From: Ginglymostoma cirratum
Taxonomy: Eukaryota
NCBI GenBank assembly: GCA_024137785.1
Contig: JAHRHZ010000018.1
Location: 52,149,260 to 52,213,259, forward strand
Length of the DNA: 64,000 nt
Direction: 5' to 3'
The notes under the pieces are model-generated. The model was not told the origin of the DNA, made no database searches, and saw only the letters and a program-made list of their open reading frames with translations. Below, piece by piece: positions 63,255 through 64,000 of this stretch. Position 1 is the stretch's first letter, and each line of letters opens with the position of its first letter. A program made the translations under genes and the position numbers.

Positions 63255-64000
63255 CAGCAAGATTCATCCAGGAAGCACAGGTTATTCTAAGCCATTTCTT
63301 TTAGTTTTTTTAATGTAAAAATATTAGGACTGGTAATCTTGGCTCGCTACAAACAAGGATCATCAAACCAAAGCACAGGAACAATAAAAAAAATCATCAG
63401 AACAATTACATTGACTTCTACAGATCCTAACTTTCATTCAGAATCCTGACAACATCTCTAACAATGTATTATGTGTGGCAATTAGCTTATTGGAAAACTG
63501 CTGTGACAACCACATAAGATTACAGTACAGATAGTGGAGCAATGAGACTCCAAACATTGGGCATTAGATGGAGGTATCTCTGCAACAAAACGAACGAAGG
63601 ACAAGTACATTATTTTAAGTTTTCTGTTTGCATTAGGTGTGCAAAGACATAATATTCATCCTCACCTCAGACTTCAGTGCCTGGCACCTCTCAATACACA
63701 TCCTTTAATTTTCTAAGACTATTAAGCAAGATGACATGCTGTGTGTTAAGGAGGAGGCATGCAATAAAATGAATGGTACTACAATTTCAAAGGCAACAAA
63801 ACTGCAAACTTTTCACAATTCTTCAACAGACTATCTGCGAACACACAAATATCTAAACTCGATGACAGTGTTGCCCACTTGTGCTTTTTCTTCCCACAGG
63901 GATCCATCTTGGATATCCACAACCACCACACCCATAAACACTATTGAGGAAATGAGAAGGGAATGACAATCACAACTCTGCCAAAACAATAACAATCATT

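Noticed and set aside
1-64000. recurring PLE terminal sequence considered as a CRISPR-like or tandem array
   Set aside because: Copies are dispersed, on both strands, of variable length and flanked by TSDs, which indicates retro-insertions in a eukaryotic genome

Overview
AT-rich, repeat-dense vertebrate non-coding DNA. The repeat repertoire (CR1/L2 LINE relics, HE1-type V-SINE, Deu-like SINE, Neptune-type Penelope elements) suggests a shark genome; this is inference. No host protein-coding exon could be supported. The dominant signal is a family of Penelope-like retroelements (PLEs). There are two long 5'-truncated copies: 2175-3773 on the minus strand (RT YVDD motif, Cys-rich linker, GIY-YIG) and 36035-37214 on the plus strand (open GIY-YIG frame). 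At least seven short derivatives are also present, most with clear 7-16 bp target-site duplications (TSDs) and several with a head-to-head inverted architecture. Their 3' region carries a minimal type I hammerhead ribozyme motif, CTGA[T/A]GA-A-GGGT[CT]TAG[GA]CC[CT]-GAAAC-GTC. Six copies of the motif are intact and one has a CpG-type change. Two older PLE families carry decayed versions of the same fold. 5' truncation and inversion breakpoints cluster at the ribozyme. Other contents: a LINE whose 5' end is a tRNA-like head joined almost directly to the endonuclease, MITE-like elements, a possible solo LTR, two assembly gaps, and unique stretches that look like developmental enhancers (Pbx-Hox plus Meis, and octamer motifs).
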